Below, piece by piece: positions 62,901-64,000 of a stretch of 64,000 nt of DNA; the stretch's first letter is position 1, and each line of letters opens with the position of its first letter. Below the pieces are notes generated by a model. It made no database searches, was not told where the DNA came from, and was given only the letters and a program-made list of their open reading frames with translations. This DNA comes from Haliotis rubra (Eukaryota), in NCBI RefSeq assembly GCF_003918875.1, contig NW_025764940.1:186001-250000 (forward strand). The letters are read 5' to 3'. Made by a program: the position numbers and the translations under genes.

Positions 62901-64000
62901 GTTTACTTCATTGATAATAGTCATGTACCATAACGATGTTGGCTGTAGTTACTAAAGTTTCACTTCATTGATAATAATCATGTACCATAACGATGTTGGC
63001 TGTAGTTACTAAAGTTTACTTCATTGATAATAGTCGTGTACCATAACGATGTTGGCTGTAGTTACTAAAGTTTACTTCATTGATAATAGTCATGTACCAT
63101 AACGATGTTGGCTGTAGTTACTAAAGTTTACTTCATTGATAATAGTCATGTACCATAACGATGTTGGCTGTAGTTACTAAAGTTTACTTCATTTGATAAT
63201 AGTCGTGTACCATAACGATGTTGACTGTAGTTACTAAAGTTTACTTCATTGATAATAGTCATGTACCATAACCATAACGATGTTGGCTGTAGTTACTAAA
63301 GTTTACTTCATTGATAATAGTCATGTACCATAACGATGTTGGCTGTAGTTACTAAAGTTTACTTCATTGATAATAGTCGTGTACCATAACGATGTTGGCT
63401 GTAGTTACTAAAGTTTACTTCATTGATAATAGTCATGTACCATAACGATGTTGGCTGTAGTTACTAAAGTTTACTTCATTGATAATAGTCGTGTACCATA
63501 ACGATGTTGGCTGTAGTTACTAAAGTTTACTTCATTGATAATAGTCGTGTACCATAACGATGTTGACTGTAGTTACTAAAGTTTACTTCATTGATAATAG
63601 TCATGTACCATAACGATGTTGGCTGTAGTTACTAAAGTTTACTTCATTGATAATAGTCATGTACCATAACGATGTTGGCTGTAGTTACTAAAGTTTACTT
63701 CATTGATAATAGTCATGTACCATAACGATGTTGGCTGTAGTTACTAAAGTTTACTTCATTGATAATAGTCATGTACCATAACGATGTTGGCTGTAGTTAC
63801 TAAAGTTTACTTCATTGATAATAGTCGTGTACCATAACGATGTTGGCTGTAGTTACTAAAGTTTACTTCATTGATAATAATCATGTACCATAACGATGTT
63901 GGCTGTAGTTACTAAAGTTTACTTCATTGATAATAGTCATGTACCATAACGATGTTGGCTGTAGTTACTAAAGTTTACTTCATTTGATAATAATCATGTA
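56967..64000. repeat. 56-bp satellite (GTAGTTACTAAAGTTTACTTCATTGATAATAGTCRTGTACCATAACGATGTTGGCT), about 125 copies, running off the window
   Basis: Unit starts at 57029, 57085 and so on; highly homogeneous with a few recurrent variants. Confidence 0.98.

Noticed and set aside
56967-64000. CRISPR-like array
   Set aside because: Head-to-tail identical units with no unique spacers, no cas genes and a eukaryotic context. The same applies to the 23 and 31-bp arrays.

Overview
AT-rich, repeat-dense animal genomic DNA with introns. The repeat landscape suggests a mollusc, possibly a gastropod such as abalone; that assignment is inference. The core is a tandem array of at least four + strand TNF-superfamily ligand genes: a partial one at 1-202 and three complete ones at 6633-9094, 32442-34654 and 44832-46595. 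The complete genes encode type II membrane proteins and share four coding exons with intron phases 0/1/1. A small unannotated 96-aa glycine-rich membrane-protein gene lies on the opposite strand inside the array (39446-39736). The probable first exon of a secreted or membrane protein lies at about 54.0-54.2 kb. The rest is transposable-element and repeat DNA: three SINE-type families sharing a 3' tail with an I/Nimb-type LINE, Harbinger, Tc1, MULE-like, P-like and (TA)n-targeted DNA elements (several with exact TSDs), a local tandem duplication, three tandem repeats (23, 31 and 56 bp units), an assembly gap, and a strand-skewed 1-kb segment that may be a decayed mitochondrial insertion. All calls were made by eye with no database searches.
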